DNA of 64,000 nt, taken from Sphagnum compactum. Lineage: Eukaryota. Shown here piece by piece: positions 1 through 14,076 of the stretch (the stretch's first letter is position 1; each line of letters opens with the position of its first letter). Under the pieces are notes generated by a model. The model was not told the DNA's origin. It saw only the letters and a list, made by a program, of their open reading frames with translations, and made no database searches. The stretch is from positions 12,090,001 through 12,154,000 of the forward strand of contig OZ234494.1 in the NCBI GenBank assembly GCA_965153455.1. The letters are read 5' to 3'. Position numbers and translations under genes: made by a program.

Positions 1-1739
1 AAAAGAATTAACAAGTATTATGTAGTTTCTCATTGATTGCAAAGTAGCCTTATAAGCAATGTGTAGAACTTTAACTAGATCAAATGCTTTAGTTCAATGT
101 TGGGAATTTATGCATCAATGTTTGAAGCCTTTATGTCTTGATATATTAGAGCTTTTGTATGTCATTGCATTAGTGAACTATATATAAGGGAATCGATAAA
201 CTATGCATTAATTTATCAAACATTTTTATTAATGATCCATGCCATAATGTATGATTGTACTACTTGGAGGAATGTGTTTCAATTTTTTAAGTTTATAACT
301 TAGCAATGTGGGTGTTATGGTTCTAGTTCCAAACATTGTTTCAATTTATGCACATCCCCTTATTACAATTGCATTACATGACATTGAACTAAGAAAATGA
401 TATCTTGCATGTATGTTATGATCTTGTGAATATATACAACCTCACACCGCAAGGTGTTTGTCACTACCATCCTTATGATTTCACATCATCACTTGGTTTT
501 AAGTGCAACACTAATAGTTGCACAATAAATTAGAAGTTGTAAAATACATGAAGATAGATTAGGTGTGGTCTATCATTGAGACATATTCAAATAAAAGTGA
601 GCCTACATGATTCAATATTTGTGAGAATACAATAGGCTAACAAAGATTGTGACAAACTCAAAATTACATGTTTTTAGGGGAGATTAATTTTTGTTGGTCA
701 AAAATTATATCACTATTTTCATCAATGTTATAAACAATCACCATTAACATTGAATGGCATTAAAACATTTTGCATAAAATTTGAAACAACAATATCACTA
801 AATGCTGCAAAATGTTAATACATTGAAAGTCTATGACACTAAAAACACCTCAATACCATAAACTAAAGTTATTATTACTTATCCAAATGTTTTGCATCGG
901 CATAGTCTATGAGTTTTAAAAAATATTATAATTTTCATGGAAGCTAGATTGTATATTGTGTGATGCAATACTTTTGATGAACACTACGATACACATACGT
1001 GACAAGGTTGAAGTGTTGTGAACCTTGGAAACCTAAAAAAGAAAATGGGATCATGTGGCTATTAATTATTAATTAAGGACTATCTTCACCATCTTCATAT
1101 GTTTTATAAACAAGTCACCATCACAATTGAATGGCATGAATAATTTAAATCTTGAGGGAATTCAGTTCACTATCCATATAAAGTATGAATTTGTAGACTT
1201 CAAATTGGATCCCAATGCTACATAAATTACATTAAAAATATTTATATTGAAGGTACATCAAAGTATTCAAGCTTATACACCCAGAATTTTTTAAGTGCGG
1301 AATTGATAATAGTTGATTATTTTGTGAAGAGCTCTTTAGCACTCACAAAGGTTGCATTTTATGGCATATTTCATATATAATATTTATAAATAATTTATTA
1401 AATATTAAATATTAATTTATGTCTTAATTAATTTAATTACTACTAAACTAAAAACTACATTAAATTATTAGCCCTTAATTTAAATTAATCAATTTAATTT
1501 AGAAAATTTGTGAAATTAATTCATTTAGATAATTAATTTTTCATATTTAACTTCTTAAATAATTAATTAAACTGAATAATAAAATATTCATATGAATTTA
1601 TTAATCAAATTTAGATAAGTATATGTCTAAAATCAGATAATTAATTATTAGATATTTAATTCAAATAATTATGTCAAATTTTTAATTATAAACTTCAGAT
1701 TAATTAAAGAATTAAAATCAAACACAAAACATGTGGGAA

Positions 1740-4700
1740 AATCTATTTTGTATTGTAACTAAGGTGCACCTAAAAGATTTAACCCATATGTTTTTGTCTT
1801 CAATATTTCATTTCACAAATTATATAAAGGAGGCGTTTTCTCTTGCATTCTCACAATAAAATACATGTGTTATATTGGGATGAGTTCATAAAAGTTTAAT
1901 CCTAAAAACAAAACATAAAACAAAATAATTTTTTTTTATGTGGCCATTATTTAGTTCACATACCTTTTTAGTATTCTACCTTCCTACCCACCTATTTACT
2001 TACCCAAGTAAATAAGTTTTACTTTTCTACTAGGTAGGTAGGTAAATAGGTATGTAAAAGCTACCAACTTACCTACCTATGGCTATGTATTGACCTACTT
2101 AGGTATTTATATATAGATATTTGTTCCCAAAATTCAATTAATATGCCACATGGCAATTTTTGATTATGCCCTATGTCATAATTTAAAACCATTTAAAATG
2201 AATAATCATAATGGACAATGGATATCAATATTTTAAAAAAATTCACTATTTTTTTTTCATAATGCCACGTGTTAAATTTTGATGAATGGATGAAAAATGA
2301 CATTAGCATGACATTATGGTTGTAATCATAGGGGAGTTGCATAGTAGTTCAAAAAGAATTTTTGTGACAAAATTGCAATGAGTTGAGCGTATATATGATG
2401 AGTTGCAACTCTTGCAATTCACACAACTTATTCGATAGCGCTCACAACGTAGAAATACAACAATGAGTTACAAGTGGTCATTGTAATTCAAAAATTGAAT
2501 TGCAATGCTAGTTGCAAAACACCCCTTTTTCTCATACAATTGGCTTAGTGGAATTTTGGTTTAGTGGAATTGTTGGTTTATTAGATTAGCTTGGTGGAAT
2601 TGTTGGCATACTATAACTATTGATTTAGTGGATTAGCTTGGTGGAACTATTGGCCTTATACTATAATTGTTGCTCTAATGAAACTTTTGGTCTAATGCAT
2701 TGGTCCATTGTGTTGAACTTCAATAGTTCATGATGGTTAAGTGGTGCACTAATGATGTCCAATGTCCCTAAGGATTAAATGTATTCCATGAGTGGTTGCA
2801 TTTCAAGGTGGATATATTTGGAAGCTTATATACATGTTGTAAGCATGACTATGTGTAATATAGTGTTATTTCAATGTATTTCAATGTGGGTGGTTGAGGA
2901 TGGGTTTCAATTTAGGGATTGGGAAAACATGTTCATTCTGCCACATATCCTAATTGCCACATTTTGCATGTACATGAACCAAATTACTTCCAACAAATAT
3001 AATGAATCTTATTCATTATCAATGGTTTGTTCATGAATGTACTTGCCTTGATTTTCAAATGCATTTGTGTTGGAACACATGCATTCAACACTTGCCTCCA
3101 TAACAACAACAATGTGGGTTGCATACTTGTGTATTTTGTGAAAATCATGCTTGAAAATTACATCAGTATTCAAATGTGACCAAAATTCGACCTAAAAATA
3201 AATAAAAACAATGTTGTTTTTGTTCATTCTAATATAACTTTTGAATCACAAAAAAAAGTAATCATTAGGGGGACCTTAACTTCAAATTGGGGGTGGCTTG
3301 GAGATGATGTGTCATTAAGGTGATTTATGTCATTTGTGATGTGTGTGTGTTAGACAATGATAGTTGTAGGCATCAACATGGTAGCACATGACATCATTTC
3401 CACGTACATATGCAATATGTTGATCATTAACTTTCATTTAAATATTTTTTGGATTCATTAAATGTTATGTTTTAGGTGCAAACATAATAATTCAAATGAC
3501 TCTTGCCCATTTAGGTAGTCTTTAAGTTAATCTTTAAATTTAATGTGGTAGACTAAGTTGGTTATATTAAAATTATGTTTTAAGTTTTTACATCACAAAT
3601 TTAGTATCCAACAATAATGGAAATTGTGTAAATTTCATTCATTCATAGGTTTGTACTTCATTTGTTAACACATTTATTTTTGTGCTTTCAATGTAAGGTA
3701 ATTCATGTGCAAAACATATGGATTTATAAATGATCAAACTTCACAGGATTTTCATTAGTAAATCATTGAATGCTAAGTTTATGATGTAGTTATACTATTC
3801 AAGTTAGTTATTTATTAAAAGCATGGTTAGGTAATTCACATTTGACATTTTGAAGAGCACATCTTACACGAACTCAAATACTCACAATTATAATAGTTAT
3901 CAAACTATAAATTTTATAATTATCCCCTATACTTTTGGTAAAACAATTGATAAACCACCTTATACATATTAGTAGACATGTGATTGGTTCAAATATTGAT
4001 GTGAAAGCTTGGATATTTCAATGTGAAATGGACTATATATATGATAAAAAATGATGAAAATCATGGCATTTAGAAAAAAATAAATCAAAATATTTGGTAG
4101 TGGGAAAGTTGTAATGCATTTTTTGATATTGGGAAAGTAAAATTTCAAATATAAGTTAACCCAAAAAATTCAATAGATGTGAATTTAAATATCCACTTAC
4201 CTCATACAATGATCATATTGTTGAATGATTCATTGTATTTAAATTGCATGTTGTGACAAAAAATGAAATTGGTTATTGTAAACAAAAAATTTAAAAACTC
4301 TTGATCGAAAAGGCTAAATGAAAATTTAAAATATTATTGTGAACCAATTATTTTAACAGCCTACTATTATGTAAAGGGGTATATCAATTGCTTTTAAAAA
4401 ATTGTGATTTCAAATCATTTTAATATAAGGATAAACAACAAATGCACTTGCTACATTGCTTATACATGTTGTTGGTTTTTAAATTGTGAACTTAGCTTGT
4501 GTCAAGAGGTTCAATGTCTTTTGATGAGCTCTAATGTGCAATTTAATAGTTCAAATCAATATAATTCAATTGGAAAATTTGTAATTAATTCTCACAATTA
4601 GAAACTGTCTTTTTCCACTACCCAAATTCACTAGGTTTTTAGTGAAATAAGACAAAATTGACTAATATGCAACTTGTATGGTTTGGTAGAAAAAAATTAG

Positions 4701-7700
4701 TTGATTAGGACATTTTTAATGAAATGGCTTTTAGTCGTTTTGGATGGTTGCATGCAACATTAGATGATTTTTAATTAAAAATTATGACATGGATATACAA
4801 GGTCCCAAATTAATATGACGTGGAATAATGCACATGTCATCATATAACTTTTTGTTTCCTTTTTTTTTCCCTAGTTTTGTCAACATTTAAGCATGATGTA
4901 CATGTTTGTGTATTCACCATGATGTACATGTTTGTAAATTACATTTGTACAAGATACATTAATGCATACATCCATCAAAGATTAAACCCAAGACCTCATG
5001 GAAACCCACTAAGATTTTAACTATCAAATTATTTGAACACTTTATTAGTAAATATGAAAAAGTTTAATTTTATCATGTTTGGCATGAAATTGTTTAGGAA
5101 ATTCAGATTTTAACATACATTTTCTTTTGCAAAATTCATTCAAATGCTACAAATGCAAAGACGATCTTGAAGCTTATTCAATAATGTATAAAAAAAATTA
5201 TAATTTACAAAAAATAAATTTACAATGTTAAATTTTCTTAAGAAATAATATTCTATGAATAAACCAAAAAATATCTTTTTGTTTAAATTGACATAAAATC
5301 TTTGTAAATTCAATGTGAATTCAAAAGTGCATTATTTAAGTTTTTTAAGAAATTTTTTACTACATAAAATAAATCCATTTTTTGAAGAATTACATGTTTT
5401 TATTTTCCCCAATATGATCATATAAAAATTTATTTATTTATTTTTGCGACGTTGTTAAAATGGTAATCATCCATAAGAAAATTACCACATTTGGTTATAG
5501 ACAAGTTGTGTCGTTGAAACTTGTTTAAATATTTTAATATTATGGTTATTTGAGATATTTCATTGTAAATTATTAACAATATATTTTTAATTTGGCCCAA
5601 AAACAATTTCTTTCAAAGAAATCCTATTTTGATGTTGTTGGCCCCTTAAATTGGTAGAAATTGGTCATTAAAAAAAAATTATTAAGTAAAAAATATAGCC
5701 ATTTAATTATCAAAACCATATAATTTAAGCCAGATTTATCATACATCAATACCAATGACTTATTACACAACTTTGAAAAAACATCACAACATGTATAATT
5801 TTTAATGATGTAAAAATATATTTTACATTTTTTTTTGGTAATGGAAACACAATTTAATTTGGTGAAATTTTGAATTTAAATAGTTGGATTAACCCCCCCT
5901 CCCCCCAACCAACATGTTTTTTTGGTTTCAATTTTTTTTAACTTGGCAATTCTTGTTGGGAAAAAATTGGAAAAATAGTGAAAATTCAAAGAAAAACGTA
6001 AATAACAAAAAAACTTGCCAAAAATTTGATTAAATGTTTTTTAAAAAAGTTACTCCTAATGAGTAAAAATTTTAAAATTAAATTTAATAATTCAAACCTT
6101 AAACACATAAACAATTCCAACATCAAATTTATTTAAAAACATTTAAGCTTAATGTTTGAGATCATCATAAACTTTATTCAATTTAAAATAAAATAAAATA
6201 AATATTTATGATGTAGCCGATGGTTTTTTTTAGTGGTGAATTTCCACCATTTTGCAAAAAGACCATCAACAAAGCATTTTTAAAAATGTTTAAACCTATT
6301 TTTTTATTTTTTTAAAATGATATAATGATATAATAGGTTTTAGGACTTGTAATCAAAATTTAAAAATATTTAAATCAATAATGCATTAAAAACATTATAA
6401 TTTATAAAGTTTATTTAAAAGGTTAAAAAAGTAACTTGAAATTGCGTGTCATGAATAAATTTACAGATTTGTTTTTGTTTAAATTGACCTAAAATCATTT
6501 TAAATTCAGTGTCATTAAAAAATGAATTCTACGTATTTTATAATTTTATTTCAATACATAAAATATGCACAATTTTTGTAAAACTGCAAGCTTTTATTTT
6601 CCCCCATATGATTATGTACAATTTATTTATTTATTTTTGTGATGTTGTTGAAATGGTAATCATCCATAAGAAAATTGCCACATTTGTATATAAACAAGTT
6701 GTATGGTTGGAAAATTTTCTAAATCCTTCAATATTACGATTACTTACTATATATTATTGTAAACAATTCACAATATATATTTTGAATTTGACAAAAAACA
6801 CTAGAAGAAATCTTGTAATATGTAACCATTCAATTTGTAACTACACGTGACTGCATGTAACTACTTATTATTTACAACTTTGTTTTATCATTTTTACAGT
6901 TAGTGAACATCATTTAAACTTTACAACTATGGTGCGACTATTCAATTACACATCCTTCTATATTGACTAGTTTTTCGTGTTTTTCATTCAAGAATAAGTT
7001 CCTATGTTCATTTAGTTGCAATTTGGTTACTTATTATGGTGTGTTTGTACATTTACTAATGTACACTAAGGTTTTGTGGATTACATTGAAAGTATATTAT
7101 ATAGATTTTATTCAAGGTATATTAAGCATATTTGACTTGTATTCATGGTATGTAAGATATTTAGTTTGTATTCAAAGTATATTAAACATGTATTTGACCA
7201 TATTATGGGCATATTGGATGGAAAAAAAATCATTTTGATTTTGTATGGTTCATTTAAAAATATACTATCTTTATTAAGTTATGATTAAAGTAAAGTAGCG
7301 AGGTCATATTAGTATGATATAATTGTTGTATGAAACAAGCATTAAAAATCTAGCAATTATTATTTTCAGATAATTCATTAGTTAGTATAAAGTATGAACT
7401 AATAAATTTTATTTCATCATTTAAATTATATTTAAGCTAATAAAAATAAATAAATAATCAATTATTATTTATTAGTTACTTCAAAAAACTTTGTTGATTA
7501 ATTAAATATAAAATTGTAAATTGATACAATAAATAATCATTATTCATCAGTTATTCATATTAATTAATTGATTAATTAAAAATGAACTAATAGTTAGTTA
7601 ATTAAAAATTACTTTATTTCTATCAACAAGTCAATAAGTCTATAAATAAATAATCTATATTTAATATTTATCAATCAATGATTTGTCAATATTTTATTAA

Positions 7701-10260
7701 ATATTATTAAATATTTAGATACTATGAAGTAACTAATTATCCTCAGTAACTATTCCTTATTTATTTAATTCTGAAATATATGATTAGTTCTGAAATATCC
7801 CAATAATCTGATCTAGGTAGTTAATGAAGAGTTATGGTTAATAATTAATGACTACTAATTAGTAAATATTTTGTCAGCCAATGGATAATAAATAATAAAT
7901 TCTTCACAAATTAAATTGTCTAATTTCTGTTAATGATTATTTAAAACTGATATGTTGTTACTTAATAAAAAATAAAATCATAAAATTATTTTTGTCTAAT
8001 ACTTAATTTTTTAACTAGTTAATATTTCTTCAATATAAAGTAGTAATTTATTTATTAATTTAGTAATATTGATTAAATTATGTGATAGTTAATTATGAAG
8101 AATTATGGTTAATAACTAATAAATATTAATCAGGTAATATTAATGTTTTATTAAAACTGATTTAATATCTAATAATTAAGTTAATAAGTTAGAAATTTAG
8201 TAATTTATAGTTTATATTTTGGTATTACCAATTAGTTAATAATTTATTTATTTAGATAATCCATTCATACCGAATTATTTTTTATTTAATTAGTTCATCA
8301 CTTGAAATTCAAAAGGTTTATTTTCAGAGGTAAAAATAATATTTTTATCTACGTAATTTAATAAATAAAAATTTATTATTTTAAAATTAATTGCCAAATA
8401 ATTAGATATATTCAGAACTTAAATGATTAATTTGTGACTTGATTATTTAATTAGATATTCAATAATTATTTCTTGAAATAATGTATTATTAGTTTTGAAA
8501 TTATTACTATGAACCAATTGATTAATTACTAGAAACCATGAATGAACAGTGATCAATGCTACTTCTAAAATTATTAAAATTATTAAAAAAAATCTTTAGT
8601 AAATAGTTTTTGTAAATGGATGGGTGGGTAGGTACTTAGTTATTAGTGAATGAATTATTTAGTTATTTCTTATGTATTTAGTTGTATAATTTTCAAAATT
8701 AGAAACAAGTACAAAGCTTGTGGAAGAATAATTTTAATTGCAATTGAAGTTGTGATTAAGGTGCAATTAAAAGTTTTAACCTATATGTTTTGTCTTTTGA
8801 TGTTATTTTACAAAGTATATAAAGAAGATGTCTTCTTTTTGGATTTCTTATTAAAAATCATGTGCCATTTGGGATGAGCTCCAAAAAGCTTAACCTAAAA
8901 GGCAAAACATAAAATAAAATAAAAGTTCTTACCTAGTTTTTATTTAACTCACCTATTTTTCAACTTTTCCACCTTCCTACCTATTTACCTACCTTCCTAC
9001 CTAGGTAATTAAGTGGGTAAGTAAGTAAATGGCTTAAGTAGGTTTGTATCTTAAAAATAGGTAGGTATTTTTTTATGCATATAATTTTACGTACCTACCC
9101 ACCTATGTAAATAATTTTTTATTTCCAAAATTCAATCAATATGCCATGTGACAACTTTTGATTATCCCATGTGTCACAATATAAATCCATCTAAACTGAA
9201 TAATCATAAGATTTCAATAAGAATTTAATTTTCATCAAAATTTATTCCAAGTGGCAAGTATCAAATTTTCTTTTGACCAAGTGTCATCATGTAGTACTTG
9301 AAATTAGACCATGTTGATTTTTCCTCATTATATATTATATAAAATCATATATTAAAAATTCCAAGTTTTGCCTCGTGTCAAATTTGATTAAAATATCTGT
9401 TGAAATCTATGGCCATTACATTAATATTTCAATAATAAAAGAAAGTTTGCCCAAAAAATTATTATGTTAACAAATGGCAATCTTATATATAAATTCACTA
9501 CGTCCCTGACGGAGCTCGGGTTTCAGGCCGACCGGGCCCGACGCTAATCGGAGGGCGGAATTTCCTGTTCCCAGTCAATATAACCATTTAATTATCAAGA
9601 CCATATTTGTTTAACAAGATGAATCATACAGTGACATATAATTAATTACCAAATTTGAAAACAAATTGCAACATATTATTATTATTATTAATGATGCAAG
9701 AATATATTTTAAATTATTTTCCTTTTTAAAAATAGAAATAATTAATTTGGTGAATTTTTTGGTTTTAATAGTTGGATACTCCCACCCCTTTGCTTCAAAA
9801 CCTACAAATTTTTTGGGCTTTGAATTTTCCTAATTTGGTAATTTTTGTTGGAAAAAAATGGAAAAAATAGTGCAAATTCAAAAAACATTGCCAAAAGATT
9901 GCCATCACAAATTTCAAAGAAAAAAGGTTACTCCTAATGAAAAAATAATTGAAAGTAATTTTAATAAATCCAAGATTAAAAACGTAAATAATTTCAACGT
10001 CATATTTATTTGAAAATTTTTAAGTTTAATCTTTGAAATCATTACAAACCTTATCCAAGTTTTTTGAGAATTTAAAATAATATTAGTAATGTAATATAAT
10101 TTAATTTTGTGATGAATTTTCATCATTTTGCAAACATAAAATATGCCATTAACATCAACAAAAGATTTTTTTTTACATTTTTATATTTAAAAAAATCATA
10201 TAATTCTATAATGGTATCTAGGACTTGTAGCCAAAATATAAAAATATTTTAACAAACTTG
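1740..10260. repeat. Degenerate AT-rich local duplications (approx. 1740-2200 ~ 8740-9200; 5200-5600 ~ 6400-6790; 5700-6330 ~ 9585-10260), probably old TE debris
   Basis: Shared diverged strings in direct orientation, e.g. atttaattatcaa(a/g)accatat at 5701 and 9586, atggtaatcatccataagaaaatt at ~5460 and ~6653, and cctaaaa..caaaacataaaa at ~1901 and ~8895. No credible ORFs. Confidence 0.6.
9481..9576 (+). mobile_element. Orphan Helitron 5'-end fragment
   Basis: A|TCTTATATATAAA start, the same as the Helitron 5' ends at 30196 (+) and 23730 (-), followed by a GC-rich ~80 bp island in AT-rich DNA. No hairpin-CTAG 3' end nearby. Confidence 0.55.
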
Positions 10261-10819
10261 TATTTCCATATATGGCTTATAACCAAAACATGGTTAAATT
10301 TTCTTATGGATGATCTTGAGAAAATTACAAAATTGAAAAAACTGAAAAGATTAAACAAATCATTGATGTCATTATTATTATCACCATTTATAATTCATTT
10401 GTTTATTTATTTTTTTAATGAAAAATTTAAACTCATCATTAAATATTTAAACATAAACTTGTAACAAAAAAATTTTAATTTTTTTGATAAATCATGTTTA
10501 AAATAAAAATAATAAAAATAAAATATTGATAATTTTTCATAATAATAATAATACTTAAAATTTTTAAATTTTAATCCATTTTTTGTAACAATGGATTTTT
10601 TTTCATACACCAAGAAAAAAATGGGGAAAAACTCAAAGATTTTTGTTGTGGCATTATGAACATTCATAATAATAAACTTGTCCATGATGCCTAAAACAAA
10701 ATAAGGGAAAAAGATACATTTTAATTTACATAAACGTACAAGAATTTAAGATATGAAAAATTATAATTTGAAGCTCTACATGCATCCTAAATTTTGCATG
10801 CATGAACATTTTGACCTAA

Positions 10820-11480
10820 TCATTAACCTATTCAAATATAAATGTGCGATTTCCCAAATTTTTATGCATCCATTTCAAAAAATTATGGTGAGTGCAAAAT
10901 GCAATTCATAAATAGTGGATTTAACAACATTCAAAGTGAATGATTCAACTCATGTGCAAATGTTAATAGTTCAAGAGGTGCGAAAAAAATTATTAACTCA
11001 TTCAAGTATAAATGTGAGGCATTAAGTATGTGTGTTTCAATATATACTAATAAGTGAAATATGCAACATTTGAATAGTGGTTTCAATTAGATCAAAGTAA
11101 ATGATTTAACTCATGTAAAAATGTTGATAGTTCAAGAAATGTGGAAAATTTTATTAAACCATTCAAATATAATTGCAAAATATTGAGTTACATGTGTTTT
11201 AGTATATTATAATAAGTGTAAAATGCAATTTGTGAGTAATGGTTTTAATATATTAAAAGTGAAAATTTCAACTCTGATAACTCAAAAGAGTGAAAAAAAT
11301 CAGTAATTCAGTCCAATATAAATGTGGGGTTTAAAAGTGTTACATGTGTTTTAATAAATTATGGTAAATGTAAATGCAACTCTTAAGTAATGGTTTCAAC
11401 ATGTTAAAAGTTGATAGTTCAACTCATGTACAATGTTTATAATTAAAGAAATGTAAAAAAAATCACTAAATTATTATAAT
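10820..11480. repeat. Degenerate tandem repeat, about 4 units of 150-170 bp
   Basis: Recurring taac..attcaa.tataaatgtg / aaatgcaa / ttcaactcatgt blocks near 10824, 10992, 11154 and 11304. Confidence 0.6.
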
Positions 11481-14076
11481 GCATTGGATAAATAAAGTTA
11501 AAATCTATAGGTCAATTTTCATGTCAACAATTTAAAATTATTAAATAATTAAATAAGGTTCAAATTATATTCATAAGTGAATAACATAGTGAACTTAACA
11601 ACTATAAATAATATTGATCATTAATTAATGCAACCAGCCATTTGCAAATTTATGATGGCCATTTATGTAGTTGAAATGTAGTCAAATTGGACAATAATCT
11701 GAATATAGGGGGGTGAAAAAGAACAAGATTTCTTCTTGTGTTCTTTAATGTAAAATATTCTTTTTCAAGGGAAGGGTGGAAGGATCTAGGTGAAGAACAA
11801 TAATAAATATAACTTGGACCTTATTTTGGCCTTTACTAACTTTGGAATACAAGCCAACAAGAAGATTGAATCAAACCAAGATGAACATGTACATTACAAA
11901 TGCTCCTTCCTTTAACTTTCCACACTTAAAAAACTTCTTCATAAGGTTTAGAAGTTGAAGGAAGGCACACCTTTTTCAATTGCATTGAAACTCATTTGCA
12001 ACATTCCCTTTTAGCAATTTGAAGTGAATTTTTGCTATATTTTGTCCCATCCAAGTTGTCATTAAAATTGTAATAACTTAGAAATGAGTTCATCAAAATC
12101 CAAAACTATTTAAGTTTCAAAATTAAACTATTGATCCAACTACCCATTTTGCTATTTAATAATATCAAAAGTTCATATACTTTCATACTACTAAGCTCTT
12201 TCTTTGAAGAAATGTTTAGTATAGTGACATTGGTGAAAGTTGTTTTTTTCAACCTCAAAATCTCTTGCCTTAGTTAATTCACTTCATGATGATGAAAGTT
12301 CATCTCCATGATAATGAAAAAAATCATCTCCACAATCTTGTACACCTTTTATGTGTACACAATTGACGTCAAATTATTTCAGTTGAACCAAACCAATTTT
12401 CCAACTTCAATGACTTTATATAACTTCATGATGTTTTATGAAAATATGTTTTACCTCAACATAAGGATAAAAATGCCCCAAAAATGTTGGATTGGTCCAA
12501 TTGAACCATTGACAATCTTGATACCCCAATCATTTTCCTGCAAGATGCAATCCATTAATGAATATGTTAAAATTGCCAATCTTTTTGTCAAAATAATAGA
12601 TTGGACAAAAAATGGATTAAATTTAAAGGCTCCCATAATATGAAAATTGTTAAGGAATTTCACATATCCAAATTTTTTCCAATTTTCATTATCTTGTGCA
12701 TACCACATGGTACTAATTTCAATAAATAATGGCAAACATAGTTGAGATGAATTTTTTTTTGAATTATAAACATTTCAAAACAACAAATAATTAACCACCA
12801 AGTTTTAAAACTTTGTTCTTGATCATCTTTAATGTTAAAAATGAATGTAAACACTATTTAATGTAATGAGAATTCATAAAAACTTGAATAATGACCTTCA
12901 AATTCACCATTTCTTTAGCCTCTTATGAATTGTGTTTTTTTTAATGATATGATACAAAAACTTTGAAGGAGAAAGGAACCTTGTTTCACATAGACATGCT
13001 CATCTTGTAGGTAGGTCTCAAATATTAATATAAAGAAGTTGCGTAACTCCAATCCTACACTTTTGTAGGTAAGGAGGTAATATGAAAAAAATTCCAATAT
13101 TCCTTCAATTTAGACAAGTAATCAATCGCCAAGTTCACCAACACCTTTGAATTCCTTCATCGAGCAATAAAGATTATTTTACTTAATTTTCACATAATTG
13201 AAGATCATTTTGATAATTTTCAATTATAATATATTACTTGTGATTTGTTGTCAAATTTCAAGATGTACAAATTTGAACAAATCATATTGTTATGGTCGTC
13301 AAAATATAAAATATGAGTTGGTCAACTCACACACAAAAATATTTTTGCTTCCAACTTGAATGAGATGGTGATGCCTCCCACAATGTCACATCTTTCAAAA
13401 TTCATGTAGGCCCATATGTACCCATCTTCCCATCCTTCACATTGACCATACCTTCAATGTTATTTCTCCCCAACATACTCCATCTATAAATGGTGAAGCA
13501 ATTTAGAGACCATTGTGTAATTGATTTTGAATACACTAATCAATGTTAACCTTTCAAGTCTCACAAGTGTCTCCTTTCAAAATGCATAATACATATTATC
13601 ACAAACAAGTATTAGTCTTCCATGTATACTTGGCCCACTTGTCAACGCCCACATAATAAACAACCTTTTAACCATTTAGGGGTTTACAATGAAAAAAACT
13701 TGTTGGAGGAGAAAGATTTGATTTCAAAAAAAATAAAAAACAACATACATAAAACCCACAAAAGAAAAAAACCCAAAATAATAATTGACAACAACCACAT
13801 GACATAATTACGTGCACACCATGAAAACATTTAAATATATACTCTACTAGAACTTCACTTGGACAACACAAGACTAAAAAACTCCCCATAGGTGCAAAAC
13901 ATATATGGTTGCAACATATGACAATGTATATAGATTTAAGACATCAGGTTGGTGCTTAAGACTTTTGAATACATGTTCAAAATAAGTTTTGTTTCCAATG
14001 CTTTGATTTGCAGTTTGTTGATGGATACTCCCCATAAATATGAAATTCTTATAAAAACCATACCATATAACCGAGT

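Noticed and set aside
2330-2540. CACTA terminus (cccctttttctcata)
   Set aside because: The terminal GTG is missing and no partner TIR or 3-bp TSD was found.
11700-13500. Possible decayed coding sequence
   Set aside because: No recognisable motif in any frame.
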